Source: Bigelowiella natans CCMP2755
Lineage: Eukaryota; Protista; Cercozoa
DNA length: 64,000 nucleotides
NCBI GenBank assembly: GCA_000320545.1
Contig: ADNK01001665.1
Location: 23,578-87,577 of the forward strand
Direction of reading: 5' to 3'
The notes under the pieces were generated by a model, which was not told the origin of the DNA, ran no database searches, and was given only the letters and a program-made list of their open reading frames with translations. Numbering within the stretch: position 1 is the first letter of the stretch; every line of letters starts with the position of its first letter. The position numbers were made by a program, and so were the translations under genes. This document shows positions 1-15,347 of this stretch, one piece after another.

Positions 1-320
1 CGGCTCAGAACGAAGAATGGCAGCCGGTTTGCCCTCGCAAGTCCTCTTCGATGCTCGTTTGGGTGGAGCTGCAACTGAACTTTGTGTTGTTGCGATTCTC
101 CGGCTAAGACATCGGGATGTTTCACTTCCCCGTTTGCGACAGGCCATTTTGTCCCAAAACATTTGCAGATGATGCCATGTCAAAATTTGCATTGAAATGA
201 TCATTACGTGCTCCTGAAAAAGCACCGAGAAGATGATTGTACGACGAGAAAAACGAAGAATTTGTCGGCTCGAACAAAAGTGGCGGGGACTTTTTGGCCA
301 AATTCAGCATCCGTCTTTTC

Positions 321-375
321 GAAAATCCAGACAGTGGTGTTGAGAAAATCCAGACAGTGTGAGAAAATCCAGACA
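321..375. repeat. Three direct copies of GAAAATCCAGACA
   Basis: Visible at ~321, ~344 and ~363; resembles sub-terminal repeats of a mobile element (inference). Confidence 0.8.
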
Positions 376-660
376 AAAATGGCGGGAGCTTCAGAAAAGC
401 GCTCAATGGCTCCCCCACGTCTGCCCAACCTGGGTGTCCGTTGGCCCAATTTGGACAGAATCATCCCCTCCAACGCCCAAGACAAGCCTTTTCTTCGCTG
501 TGGAAAACGCAAACGGTTCAGAGCGCTGTGCTTTTTTCGACAATGCAAAACACTGCACTTTTCGCTTTGAAAAAGGCCTGACAAACTCCTTTCCCGCTTT
601 GCAGACACTCCGAACACTTGGAAATCTCGAACTAGGCATGGTACAAACCGAAATGAGGAG

Positions 661-1792
661 TTGGTTCACCCTGTGCGGTCAGAGAACCGGCCAAAACGAA
701 CTGCCAGCCCATGGCACGTGAAAGCTTTGCACGACTACTGCAGCTCCAACATCACATGTACAGAGGCTGCAGTGAAGCAGGGGAAATCCCCCCAGGCGTT
801 TAATCATTGGTTGAAAAAAAAGGAAACAACCCCAGAGCGCAGGGACGGTCTCAGGAATGTTGCTAAAAACATCGATCTGGATGACGTGTCGATTGAGATC
901 GATTTGGATGAGGTCTCAACTGAGACTGGAGATGAGGTTACTGGAACCAGCGACAACTTGCCCATCACCGCCAGTTCTACACGTGGAACAGGAATGGTTG
1001 TTGAGGAAGCTGGGGGGGGTAACGTGAACTCTACCGATGCTGAAAATCGTAGAGGTACAACGGCAACGACAGGCTCTGCCGACCCCACTGAGATGGAAAT
1101 CGAGGTAGTTCTCGACGATTCTGACACTGAGGAATCAGAAATTGAGGTTGAGGTGAGTCTAGGCCAAGCTAGCAGCTCTGAGAGCGGTGTCAAAGAGCCC
1201 GACGTCCAGGAAGTGGACAGTCTACAGGAAGGCGATCGGGCAGTGCACAGGAACATCGAGCATGTTGACGTTCTAAAAAAACACCGCAACGGAAAGGGGG
1301 GTTTTCACTACATCTGCCGACGAGCAGATGGCCACCAAGGTGCAAACTTTGGGCAAGCACCTTGCCAAAATCGAAGCGCCGTCTGAGCTGGTATCGTTTG
1401 AACACCATGGCGAAAAAACGGATGACGTCGAAAAAATCAGAAAATGTGTTGCAGATCATTATCCCGGCCGTTACGCCGCCTTTGTCAGAGAGCAGAGAAT
1501 GTTTGACCTTGAGCTGCGGCCGAAGGCCAAAATGAAACCTGGAAAAGTGTACCGCAGGGGCGACGTGACGCCGGCATGCTTCGCGAAGGCGCATGCCTTG
1601 GGCTGTGCTCTGGTCAGGGTCTACCACCCAAACGACAAAAAGCTTAAGGACAGAGGCGGCTTGCCGAGCGCGACGGGCAAACAGAACCGCAGGCGGCACG
1701 GGCAGGAAAAGAGCTGGGCGCAGGGCGCCGTCGCGGCGAGCGAGAGGAAGGCCGAGAGCGTAGTAGAGAGCGCGCTGCAGCAGGCGCAATAG
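661..1792 (+). pseudogene. Frameshifted ORF pair (661-1386 and 1328-1792): N-terminal HTH-like segment, acidic linker, small beta-barrel-like segment; probably a decayed mobile-element gene
   Basis: Removing one C at ~1332 joins the frames into ...ICRRADGTKVQTLGKHL. 'TCTEAAVKQGKSPQAFNHWLKK' resembles an HTH. Intronless, unlike neighbouring genes. Lies in a TpA-depleted tract. No transposase catalytic motif seen. Confidence 0.45.
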
Positions 1793-2361
1793 CTGGCTTG
1801 CTTTCAGCTTTACATTACTGTAATTGGATGAGCTAGTGAGTATCGGGAAAATGCAATCATTTCATTACATCCATCTCACTCACCTGCATCACTCGCACAC
1901 ATTTGATCTAGTTGTTGCCCGACATAGCATGGATGCTTTTACATGCATGTAGTACATAATAGCAGAAATCAACAAATGCAATATAAGCACTGTAGCTGCT
2001 TTGCATAGCTACTGGACTATTAAAAAAAAAAAATAATGTCATTACATCCGTCTCATATTTGTTGCCCGCCGTGTTATTATGTATTGCTAGCATGCAATTC
2101 TAAACACATGTTCACCAAGCTATGAATAAAGGCTGCAAATGTTCTCGATGCTAGCTATAACAAACATACAAGCATTACCATTATTGCATCAGCAAAATTG
2201 CAAATAATTTTGCAAGACTGCTCATTCTGTGGTGGTATTTTTTTTTTTGTGTTTACCACCACATATTAACAGCTGCACTAAATGCGCTTATTTGCATTGT
2301 GCGACCCTACTGCCACTTGAGAGAAGTAGAGGTTATTGAGAGGAGGACTGCCGCAAGATGC

Positions 2362-4429
2362 TTAAAGTTTAATCATTTGGAACCGCTCATACGCGGCCAA
2401 TTTTACCGAAACCTTTTCTTTCTTCTTCGATGACTTTTCCCCATTTTCCTTGGACTCATCAGCAGCATCTTCATCCTTGTTCGAGCTCAGATTTTTATCC
2501 TCTTCCAGCTCATATGCGCCCCAAGCACACTCCGCAGTATCATACGCAACAGTCCCATTACCTATCAATGTGATCATTGAATCAAATCAAAACAAATCTG
2601 AATTATCACGGCATCCCACATGAAATAGTAGCAAGCATATTGGCACATCCAGGCTGTGAGACGATAAAGACGAATACCCACCTACAAATTCTCTTACAGC
2701 AGCGTCAACACCGTCCCCGTGGGTAACTAGGAGCACTCGATCATTGCACCGTACGCAATGCCGACGAAACAAAGCTCTCATCGCAGACATCATGCGAACC
2801 TGCGCCGGAAATCACGAAGTATTGGCATTTATTGCAAATCGAAATCAGCCAACTGTATGGCTTCATTCTATGAAGATATCAGCAATTCTTTTGCGTTGCA
2901 AACTATGTAGATTCAAACTAATCACTACTGCGTCTCAACGTGAGGGGGTCAGCATTACCTTCCCGTTTCTGTCGTTTTCTGAGGGCTCAGGGTCAACACC
3001 GAGAGCTTTCTCTCCCTCATTTTTTGGCTTCTCCTCTGAACCAACATGGCAGCGCCAAACGTTTTTTACAGACAAGATTCTCCGGAGTTGTATTGTTTTA
3101 TATCGGTGCCATGGGGGTGATCGGCAGTCATCATGGTTGATTTTTATCAGATGCTTAGTTTGCTAACACGCTGTCTTCTTGTCGAGGATTTGTTATAACC
3201 TGGCTCGATTTTGGTGATGAAGCCGTCGGAAAACTCTTTCAAAATCGATTCCATTGAGTCTTTGCTCAAATATTCAACCTAAGATTCGATGAAGGGCAGC
3301 ATGTCATATCATGATTTTCCATAACACGCATCATCTGCACGTCGCTACCGGTTTATGAACATCACCTTGCCGTCCGCTTTGTCCGGTCCCCAAACCGCTT
3401 TCTGTATTTTTCGCACGCATCTGCGCACCTGACCATCCCAAATTGGAGCACGGTGGATAAAACACACACACAATGTTCTCGAGAACAGCGGAAGATCTAG
3501 TCTACTGGAATTCGTCATTAACACGAACGTTGTGGATGCACCTCTCCAATGGATTTGTTAACTCTCAGCCTCGATACACCTAAATCGTGTTGAATTAAAT
3601 TTTATGTTTTGTGCTCTGCAGCGCCATCTTTGTGGAAAATAAGATGTATGTTTTTTTATCCCGCCTCTCTCGTATTCAACTCCTTCAAGTAATGAAGTTG
3701 TTATTACCTAGATGTTTCGCAATAAGAGCTGCTGTCTGGAGGCATCGCGTGTAAGGGGAACACACTATTAAGTCAAACCCTCCATATCCTTTCTTCTTCA
3801 TCACGTCAGCCTAAGAGAAGAGCAGTAAGCTTCACGATACTCACCCTTTCCCATACGTCAGATGAATACCAAATGCCATTTTACACTGTCATTGAAACCT
3901 GGTCAATGGGAAGCTTCTTATCACAGATTGGGGAGTCATATGGGCGCTCATTCTAAGCATACGGGAATAGATATGTGAAGGATATGTGTCACAAAGTGCG
4001 TAAATATAGAAAATGGAAGAGAGGGGGAGGACAGGGGGGAGATGATAAAGAGAGGGAGACAAGTGGGTTCGGGGGAAGGGAAGCGAAAGGGCGAGATCCT
4101 TCTATATGGTTCACTACCCGTCCGGGCCATGTGGCTTTCTTGTCATTGTCCTGTAAAATGTTACATGGATAGAGTCAGCACAGGGAGAGATGTATACATT
4201 GTTTCAAGTGGAGACCACGCTTGTCCATGAGATTCATCGGTGTTATTATTACCAGTCTCACTGAGTGTCGAATCACCACCATGTATCCTTTCTTTCGGAT
4301 GTCTACTCAACACATATGAGTGATCGGAATTCGAAGCCCAATAATAAAATCGATGGATTTCCCAACAGGCAAGATCGAATCGAGTTAAGTGACGAGACCT
4401 GCTTTCCCAGCAGGGGACGCGGTAGCCAT
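2362..4429 (-). CDS. Histidine phosphatase / phosphoglycerate mutase-family protein, multi-exon
   Basis: Spliced reading MATASPAGKA|DIRKKGYMVVIRHSVRL|DNDKKATWPGR|NERPYDS...; IVCSPYTRCLQTA at ~3715-3765; RVLLVTHGDGV at ~2710-2740. These match the RHxxR, SPxxRxxQTA and VTHG motifs. Confidence 0.85.
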
Positions 4430-4686
4430 CGTGGCTTCCCCGGGATAGTCTCCCGAGATTCCTCCCTGGACTTGAGCTTCTTGTTGAAGTAGAAATGCAA
4501 TTGAATTATCACCTGCGACAACAATTATTTCAAACCGCTTAGCATTCGACAACTCGCTGCAGGTCAGTTCCACGTGGATGGCTCGGAAAGAGAGGAGAGC
4601 GCGAGAGAGCGAGGGGTGGGGGAATGCGCAGTTCTTCAACCTATTGGGAATCACTTGTGTGCTTGTGTTTTTTTTTGTTCTAAGTG
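4430..4686. promoter_or_regulatory. Compact (~260 bp) putative bidirectional promoter between the histidine phosphatase and COQ5
   Basis: Head-to-head start codons at 4429(-) and 4687(+). Confidence 0.5.
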
Positions 4687-7313
<2,627 letters not shown>

Positions 7314-8116
7314 GTGAACGAAAGAGTTGTGTGCCATTGAAAGATAATGCGCTATTCTTTAACCTTATCGCAAAATTCCCATACGCTCAGTCGTTTCGTC
7401 TTGCTTCTTTCATGAAGCTATGAGTCTGTGCGTTGTGAATTCTAGAATTAGGTTTCACATCATAATGCTGATCGTATTCAGTGACTCCTGCAGCATAAGA
7501 TTAAGCTGTATTGTATATTCTTGTATGATATCACGAAGATCATCCTGAATGACATTCACGAATTACCATTTACATAATATTAATGCTGTTTGGATATATC
7601 CCCATCCAGTAGTGTGTTCCTCTGGGTTTCACAGTCATGAAAAAATCAGATTTAGCATACGCATAGCTATTGGTAATTTTGTTCGAACGAATGTACCGGA
7701 GAATTAGTTCGTCTGCGTGGACATGCTGTAGCATGCATTGCACACATGCAATAATTAGCAGTATCGATAACACCCGCCCGCATATAATCCTCCCCCGATC
7801 CGCTTCACACGTGCGAGCCAGCAGCATGTAACAGAGACTTATCTCTGGATTGTGGATCGAACGTACCACGCTAATATGAAATGTTTGTAAGTCTGGCGAG
7901 TGAGACTGTGTGTGTGTGTGTGTGTGTGCGCGCGCGCGCGCGCGCATTGCAGGGAGCATATCCTCAAAAGCATATTTTAGATCACACGTGAACAATATGC
8001 TATGTGCATATGATGAAGATGATAGTATGCAACGATAAAGACATTGTCAGGCAAGGCAATTATTAGGCTATCCCACACTTGACGGACCTACGATTACTAC
8101 AATGCATGCAGCGCAC

Positions 8117-9383
8117 TTACAATGTTATAAACACAAATTTGATACTTTCTAAATATTCCTCTATGATGTACGAAATTTATTGATCAAAGCATGGCGAAAT
8201 GTACGATTTCTCATATTATTTCTTTACTCTTTCTGCATATCCATATTTCGCGGAAAATTGAACGTCTGCTTGAAGTGGCTACCTTCTTAGTGTCCTGTTT
8301 TTCTATAATCTAATTCTAAACTTCAAGAGCTACTGACCATTTTCAAACTCTGGTCCTTTGATAAGGGAATCGGCTTTTGCAATTGCTTTTGGAAAGAAGA
8401 CTCGATGAAGCACACGAGCACATCCGACTCATCATCTCCAATTTTCTTGCTGCTCTTTTGACATGTAATCTTTTGTTAGAGATTTCAGTACCTGAAATCA
8501 TGGTTTATGATAACATTACATTTCGGTGTATATCCTAGACAACACACTGCACAGAAAATGCAGCCAATGTGCGAATATGCTAGATTGCCAACCTCAGGGC
8601 CAGCAGCAACATGAATTCGAAGCTGGTTTCTTTTCTTCCGCTCCAATGATCTCCGGACATCTCTTACAGTTGTGAATTAAAAAAGGGCAAGTTCTATGAT
8701 GCTAACAATGAATAGAGTACGATTCGTAAGCTGGTGGCACGTAGTACCTGTAAAAAGAATCCTCAGAGTCGTGGTCGCTGATCTCAGCTCCGTGGCCTGC
8801 TGTAGTGAAGCTGATCAAGTTGATGCTACAAATAGCTGGAAAAGTCAAGATGACGACCTTTCAATTGACCACCCAAAAGTAAATCTTCAATGGGTACAGT
8901 CTTGGTCGAGTTTCCTCTCGGCTTTGCACGTCCCTCTTGCCTTGAATCCTTCTGTTTGTTTAAGATCAAGATGATGATGTGATGTGGAGCTTTAACTACT
9001 TATCAGAGTGTATCAACCTTAAATGGCTTCCGCTTGACTTTTATCCTTCTCTTGACTCCAGCGGCTGAATACTTGGCCTGTCGCCTAATGGTATGATACC
9101 AATATTAAACTCGGTACCGTGTATGATGTATGACAGTGTTACCTGTTGCTGGTAGGATTCTTCTTTCCTCGCCTGGATTTCATTTCAATAGCTTCCTAAT
9201 CAATTCGATGATTTCATCAGGAATCGTTCTGGCTGATGTATTGATCGATTGATCAACTAGTTTCACCACCTCGGAATCGTTAAATCCGAATTGAGAAGTG
9301 AGTAGAATTTGAAGGACAATCAAAGCAGAGACTAGAGTCGCACCGGAGCGATAACGTAGAGATCTACCCCAGCATCTCCACAT
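8117..9383 (-). CDS. Hypothetical protein with an N-terminal hydrophobic segment followed by basic exons; 3' end uncertain
   Basis: MWRCWGRSLRYRSGATLVSALIVLQILLTSQF, then GT-AG-bounded segments (e.g. EAIEMKSRRGKKNP, VKRRIKVKRKPFK). No recognisable domain. Confidence 0.4.
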
Positions 9384-9840
9384 GAATGGATTGTAACCTG
9401 CTTATAGTCCTGGACTGCTCGGAGACTGTGGCGGTCTTCCGCGCCCACAAGAGTAGTAGGAGGAGAGTCACGCAGGGGGGGAGGAGTGACGAAAGGCGGA
9501 ATCGTTCGGAACCCGAGGACAAGCGAACTGGAACGAACTGCGACAAGATAGTCGAATAGCGGCTAATAGCGGGTAATGACGGTAATTGACGGGTGATGAT
9601 GGATAATCACGGGTAGTGACCGGCGGTACCAGCAGTAAATTCACAGTAAGTTTACAGCTTGAACCTTCACTCCATCCCTTCTTAAAGGAGAGGAGGAGAA
9701 GGAGGAGGAAGAAGAGGAAGAGAAAAAGACGCTGCGGAAGGCGAACGAGCGTTCACGTAATCGAACCAACGCAAATTGCTTCCGGGAGGAGAGGAACGGT
9801 TTATACGGCCTTGGACATTTAACCGCGACGTGACTGAGTT

Positions 9841-11081
9841 ATGGGACAAGCAATCTGCTCTTCCGTGGTGAGTTATGCGCTTGATAGAAGTGACGAGAAA
9901 TTTCCCCAAGGAAGTGCATGTTATCAGTGTTCTGTCTATCACTATTGAACGAGTTCTGTTCCTTCATTATTAAATTCTTGTGTACAATTAGCTCAATGGA
10001 ATTGAGCTGTCATCGGATGGACGTGTTCTATTCGAGGAGCTATTGCAGAAAATTAAAGAGGATGACGAACTCATGCAGTTCGATAAAGCGGTCAAGGCAA
10101 TAAGCAAGATGACCCCCAAGGAAGGAAAGGTTACGAATTTTGGGATTATAGTCTCTGAATTCAAGCGAAAATAAATCCTGATTACTTGGGTGAAGCTCAT
10201 TTCCTTTTTTAGGTTCTTATTGCAGAAGTGGAGACCACTCTTGAGAATGTTTGGGGTCGAAATTTTCAGAAAAACATCGAGCGCCTAAAGGGAAAGGTAA
10301 GAGTACATTTACTGACAAAGATAGTTATTGATACGACGGTTTCCCTCGACAGAGAACAAAGACGCGTTTGGACGATGATGACGGGGGCTGGGGTGACACG
10401 AATGCAGACTGGGGCGAAGATGAGAAAGATGCTGCTGGTACTGAGGAAAAAGAAGAAGCAGATGGCGATGACGGTTGGGATGACAACGAACCTGAGATGA
10501 AGAGAACGGAATCATGGTAGCTCCCTTTTAATTTGTAGGCCATTTACTTCTTTCTTCCGCACTAACATGCACCTTTTTGCAGGGGATCAACTGGAGAGAC
10601 CAATGAAGGGTAAAAAAGTTAAGGAAGCAGGCGATGCGATGTCGCCTCAAATCTGTGTGTTTTTAATACATCTAGGGACTGGGATGAAGGCGAAGGAAAT
10701 GAAGACTGGGGTGAAGAAGAGCCCGTAATTCACATGTCATTTTTTGAACGAATTACGCTTAACTGAGGGATCAATTGTGACATCAGACTTTGGAACAAGT
10801 TGATTCAATGGAGGATATCATAAAACCGAAGAAATCAGGAAGTTTTTTCTGCCTCAGTGAAGGCTACTTAATGCAGGAGGTCATTGCTGTATTTTGTTAA
10901 AATAAGCACCGTTTCAATCCTTCCACTATTGAAAATTTTAGGTTTTTAAGAAATCCAAAGCTCTAGCCGACGCAGTAGATATACCAAGGGGGGTAGCAAC
11001 AAATTTGCTTCGAAGCTTCAAATGGAATAAGGTTGTTGCGATAGAGATATTATTGTGGTTGTTTCTCATCTGAATATTATA

Positions 11082-11120
<39 letters not shown>

Positions 11121-12078
11121 TTGTGGTGAATAGGAACGTGCGATCGAAAGTTTTTTCAGTGATCCCCGAAGACTAAAAAAGAAGGCATACACGACCCACC
11201 CTCCAATCGAATCAAAAGTGCGAAAGAATAGATTTTTGTTGTTTGCAGTGCTATTTTTGACACAATATTGATCTCTACAGGAGACCAAAGTACGTTGCAT
11301 GTTTCGGGCGCAGTTGTCAGGGAAGGTATAAATCGGTTTTGAATGGCGTATCGTCTCCCTCCAAATGAATTATTGTATGTTTCTTGTCAGGATGAAAAGG
11401 AAGCAACTAGTTCTTCTAAGCAGAAGAAAACTCCAAAGTTAACCGCCGTCGAGAAAGCCGTGGAGAAATTGATTAAAAAGGCAAAGTCTCAAGCAGAAAT
11501 ATATAAAACTTTGGGTTCTAAATTCAAGCTTCGTGACGTTATGATGGCTGTAAACAAGATGAATGCTCGGATGGCAGCAGAAAGCCTAGCATCTGAGAGC
11601 CTTACAATATGTGAAAGCAACAATGGGATCGTGCCAGTAGAAAATGCAACGCAATTGCGATGTGGACACTGGGCATGCAATGATTGCTGGGAATCTAATC
11701 TCCGATACAAAGCAAAATCTGGAAGAGAATGCATCAATTTTAGATGTCAATACGTCGTTTGTAAGAAGAGAAACTGTCGCCACAAATCCGACTTGGGTTG
11801 CTTCTGTCAGGAAGCCATTCCCCGGGAGATGTTCGTCAAGTTTCTCAAAACCGAGGAAGTCGGAAAGTACGACAAATGGATGGCTACGCAATACTCACTT
11901 GACAACAGAAGTACGATTACACATTGCCCCCAGGCAGGATGTGGGTGGTGGCTAAAACCGAACCCATCCGAGTTGACCTCGCGTGCAACTTGCTTGTGTG
12001 GGAAAGTGTTCTGCTTCTCTTGCGGAAGAGCTCCTCACAACCCTGTTCCATGCTTCCAGTACGAGGTGTGCGCAGTCG

Positions 12079-12154
<76 letters not shown>

Positions 12155-13202
12155 GTTTGCCGTCTGGTGTCTGTTTTTGAAATAAGGGACTCGGTTTTCC
12201 AAAGCTGACTCCGACCCCATCGCCATTTTCCAGCTATTGACAACGATCTCCCTTTCTCTTTTAAAACATCCGTAGGATTTCCAGGAAAGAGGAAAACCGA
12301 TGTATCTGGAGAAACTTTGGCTAGAGAGCAGCACACTTCCATGCCCGAAGTGCAAAGCTCCGATCGAAAAGAATAAAGCGTGTTTACACATGACCTGCAT
12401 TTGCACCTATGAGTTTTGCTGGGCGTGCGGGCAGAAATGGCAAGGTGTCGGCCATGGATTCTACAATTGCCCAAAGTATAAAAAGAACGAGGACGCTAAG
12501 ACAAGGGATGAGGACCAGCAGAGAGCTATCCGGGAACTGAGTAAGTTCAAGTGGTATCAACGGCAAATGGATGTCACGAGAAAGGAAATGGAGGAAGCTC
12601 AGAAGAGAAAAGCTGAATGGGAGAAGGAAATGGAAGATAAGACCAATAGCTACCGCGACTATGCGTTCGTATTCGATGCTCTCGATACGTTTTTGCTCGC
12701 GAAGGAACAGATGCTGAACTTGAGCATTATTGCTTTCTATTTCCAAGGCAAAAATATCGAATGGAGATGCCCGTCATGCACGTTTGCCAATGGATACGGT
12801 GAAGTGTGCCAAATGTGCAACACGAAGAAGCCGAAAGAAAAGAAGTCAGATAGCGTAAAGGAGATGTTCGAGTTCCAACAGAGGATGATGGTCAAAGTTA
12901 CTACATCGCTTAAAAAGTGCTTTGAAGATAAAACTCTGGACAACGTGCTCAAAGAGAAGAAAAACGTCCAAACGAAAGCTAACGCTTGCAGCAAATTTAT
13001 ACGGGAACTCGTTAGAGACGTCGAGTCTGGGAAATACACAGCATACATTCTTGAACAACCAGATGATTCCATTTCTGGATGGTTCTGCATTCGATGTGAA
13101 CAGATGAACAAGTTCGACACGATGATATGCAAATCTCCGGGATGTGAAGCCTGTCAAGTCCATGGAGAACCGGCATGCTTACGTTGCAATCCGAGGCAAT
13201 AG
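9841..13202 (+). CDS. Ariadne-type RBR E3 ubiquitin ligase (acidic N-terminus, UBA-like, RING1-IBR-RING2, Ariadne-like helical domain) with extra RanBP2/NZF zinc fingers
   Basis: MGQAICSSV| first exon; UBA-like GVATNLLRSFKWNKERAIESFF; RING1 CGHWACNDCW; IBR CPQAGC...CLCGKVFCFSCGRAPHNPVPC; RING2 CPKCKAPIEKNKACLHMTC.C.YEFCWAC; WRCPSCTFAN...CQMCNTKKP. Confidence 0.9.
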
Positions 13203-14259
13203 TTAGTTTGGAGATCACATTATTTCTGTCACTCACGGACACGACGAACGACAGTTCTGCGTGTGTGTGTGTGTGTGTGTGTGCGTGCGTGTATGTGTTG
13301 TCGCAGCTGTATTTGTGCTTCTTCAGCTGACACAAGTGTGTATTCACGCGTATGATGACGTTCTTTGTGAGTTGAAAATGCTGTGTTCTGGATATATGAT
13401 GCCCCCATGCGATGAGCGTTTTCTTTGATTATTTGCATGGTAAACAAACAAAAGAATATAAGGCTGTATCGTCGGGTAAAACCGTTTACTTTGATAGAGA
13501 AGGAAATGAGATGCGACTTATTAATCATTCGGCACATTGCTGCACCTATAATAATATGTTTTTATGCATATATGCATATGCAGCCCGAGTGCACTCCGCA
13601 CTGTCAGTGCATGCGTAAAAGCATTAGTAAGCGTATATTGCATGCGCAGCCAATGATGCATGAGACGGCGCAATGAAGTCGATTGAATCTTACCAATTGT
13701 CATCCTAACAAGTGTCTCTAGATCGGTGCAATGCTGCGTTTTTGACATTAGCGATTATGTTGTATCTGTTTCTTTCCAATTGTGATCTACATTCTCTATC
13801 ATTAGCTTGTTAGCACATGCTGCTGCATGTGTGTCCGAATTAGCTAATTGCTGAGATGCACGCTTCTATGGACGCTGTTATGCTGTCTAGCTGTCGCACT
13901 CACAACAAGCTCTACATACAATAAACACTACCTGCACTGCTGATCTGCTGATCCTAATGATGAACAACGTGGTTGAACAGATGCAACACTATGAAACATG
14001 AGAGACCAAGAGATCCACGTGTCTGTGGTGTTAGCGCGCTGCACATCGGATGCTTTCAACAAAACATAGCCTCAGTTGTTCTTAAGGGATGACTCATGGG
14101 TTGCAGATTGCAGCCTGAGCGTGCTTTAAAAAAAAGACCTTTCATCATTGTCGCAAGACGGATGTAATAAATCAAATTAAATTTGTTCAATGGTCATCCT
14201 AATGTAGCTATGCAATACAGCGGTTACAGCGCTAATACAGTCGTGTGCCTTATTCTGTT

Positions 14260-15155
14260 CTAGCTTCTTTCCTCTTTACCCTCTTCGGAGAGTTCAACGC
14301 TGCTTGTTTCATGCCGGCGCTCCATCCCTTCTTGGCTGCCGTTCGCAGATGCTTCGTTGTGCTGCTCAGCATAGCCATGATCACGGCCGTCGTCATGTTT
14401 TACATCGCGATGTCGTTCTCGCGCTTGCTTTCTGTATCTGCTTCCGTCATCATGCCGTTGATCATGCCCTCTAGAATCACGACCGTCAAGACGACGTTGA
14501 CTATTGTTATCGTAACCTCTTCCTCCTCTTTCTTCTCTGTGATAATTGTTCTGTTTTTCTGTATAGTCAGCATCACTGTTGCGACCGCTGCTGCGGTAAT
14601 ATGTTCGGCGACCCCGATTGCCATTGTCATCACCATTATCGTCTCGAATGTCGTGATCCTCGTTTTCCTCCGCAACGCTATGATGGTGGCTGTCGTAGTT
14701 GTTCCGAGGTCCTCTGCCACCACCACCACCACCACCACCACCACCATCTTCATCGTTATCATCATCACCCCTTCTCGTGGTCATTCTCGGTGCTGTTTCT
14801 TCTTCATCGCCGCGTGCTCTTCTAATTTCTCGATGGCTATCACCACGTCTCCACCTATCACCACTATCCCTGCCATCCTGATGATCATCATTGTCGTTTC
14901 TCCGTCGTCTTCTCCTTCTTCTCCTACTTTGACTTCGCCCGGCAGCAGGAGCAGTATTTCGAGAGGTTGATCTCCTCCTTTTTGTTCCAGCTGTAGAGCC
15001 TCTCCACATTCCTCTTCTGCCACCATATTCTCCCCCCCGTCTATGGTCATAATTCCTCCTGTCCCCACCGCCATCCTCATCACGGTAGCGTCTTCTCCTT
15101 CTTCCAATTATCCTATCGTACTTTGGATCCCAATCACGTCTGCTTTCACACAAAC

Positions 15156-15241
<86 letters not shown>

Positions 15242-15248
15242 ATGCACA

Positions 15249-15347
<99 letters not shown>

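Noticed and set aside
590-597. TTTCCCGC E2F-like site, plus TGGCGGG at ~281 and ~380
   Set aside because: Short motifs in a mutated tract; no independent support.
122-721. Five overlapping ORFs on both strands
   Set aside because: Explained by loss of TAA/TAG through TpA depletion; no protein motifs.
1-1800. CpG methylation/deamination as the cause of the CA/TG excess
   Set aside because: CpG is abundant in this tract; the missing dinucleotide is TpA.
14245-14970. 241-aa hydrophobic ORF resembling a membrane protein
   Set aside because: Antisense shadow of the R/D-rich last exon of the KH gene.
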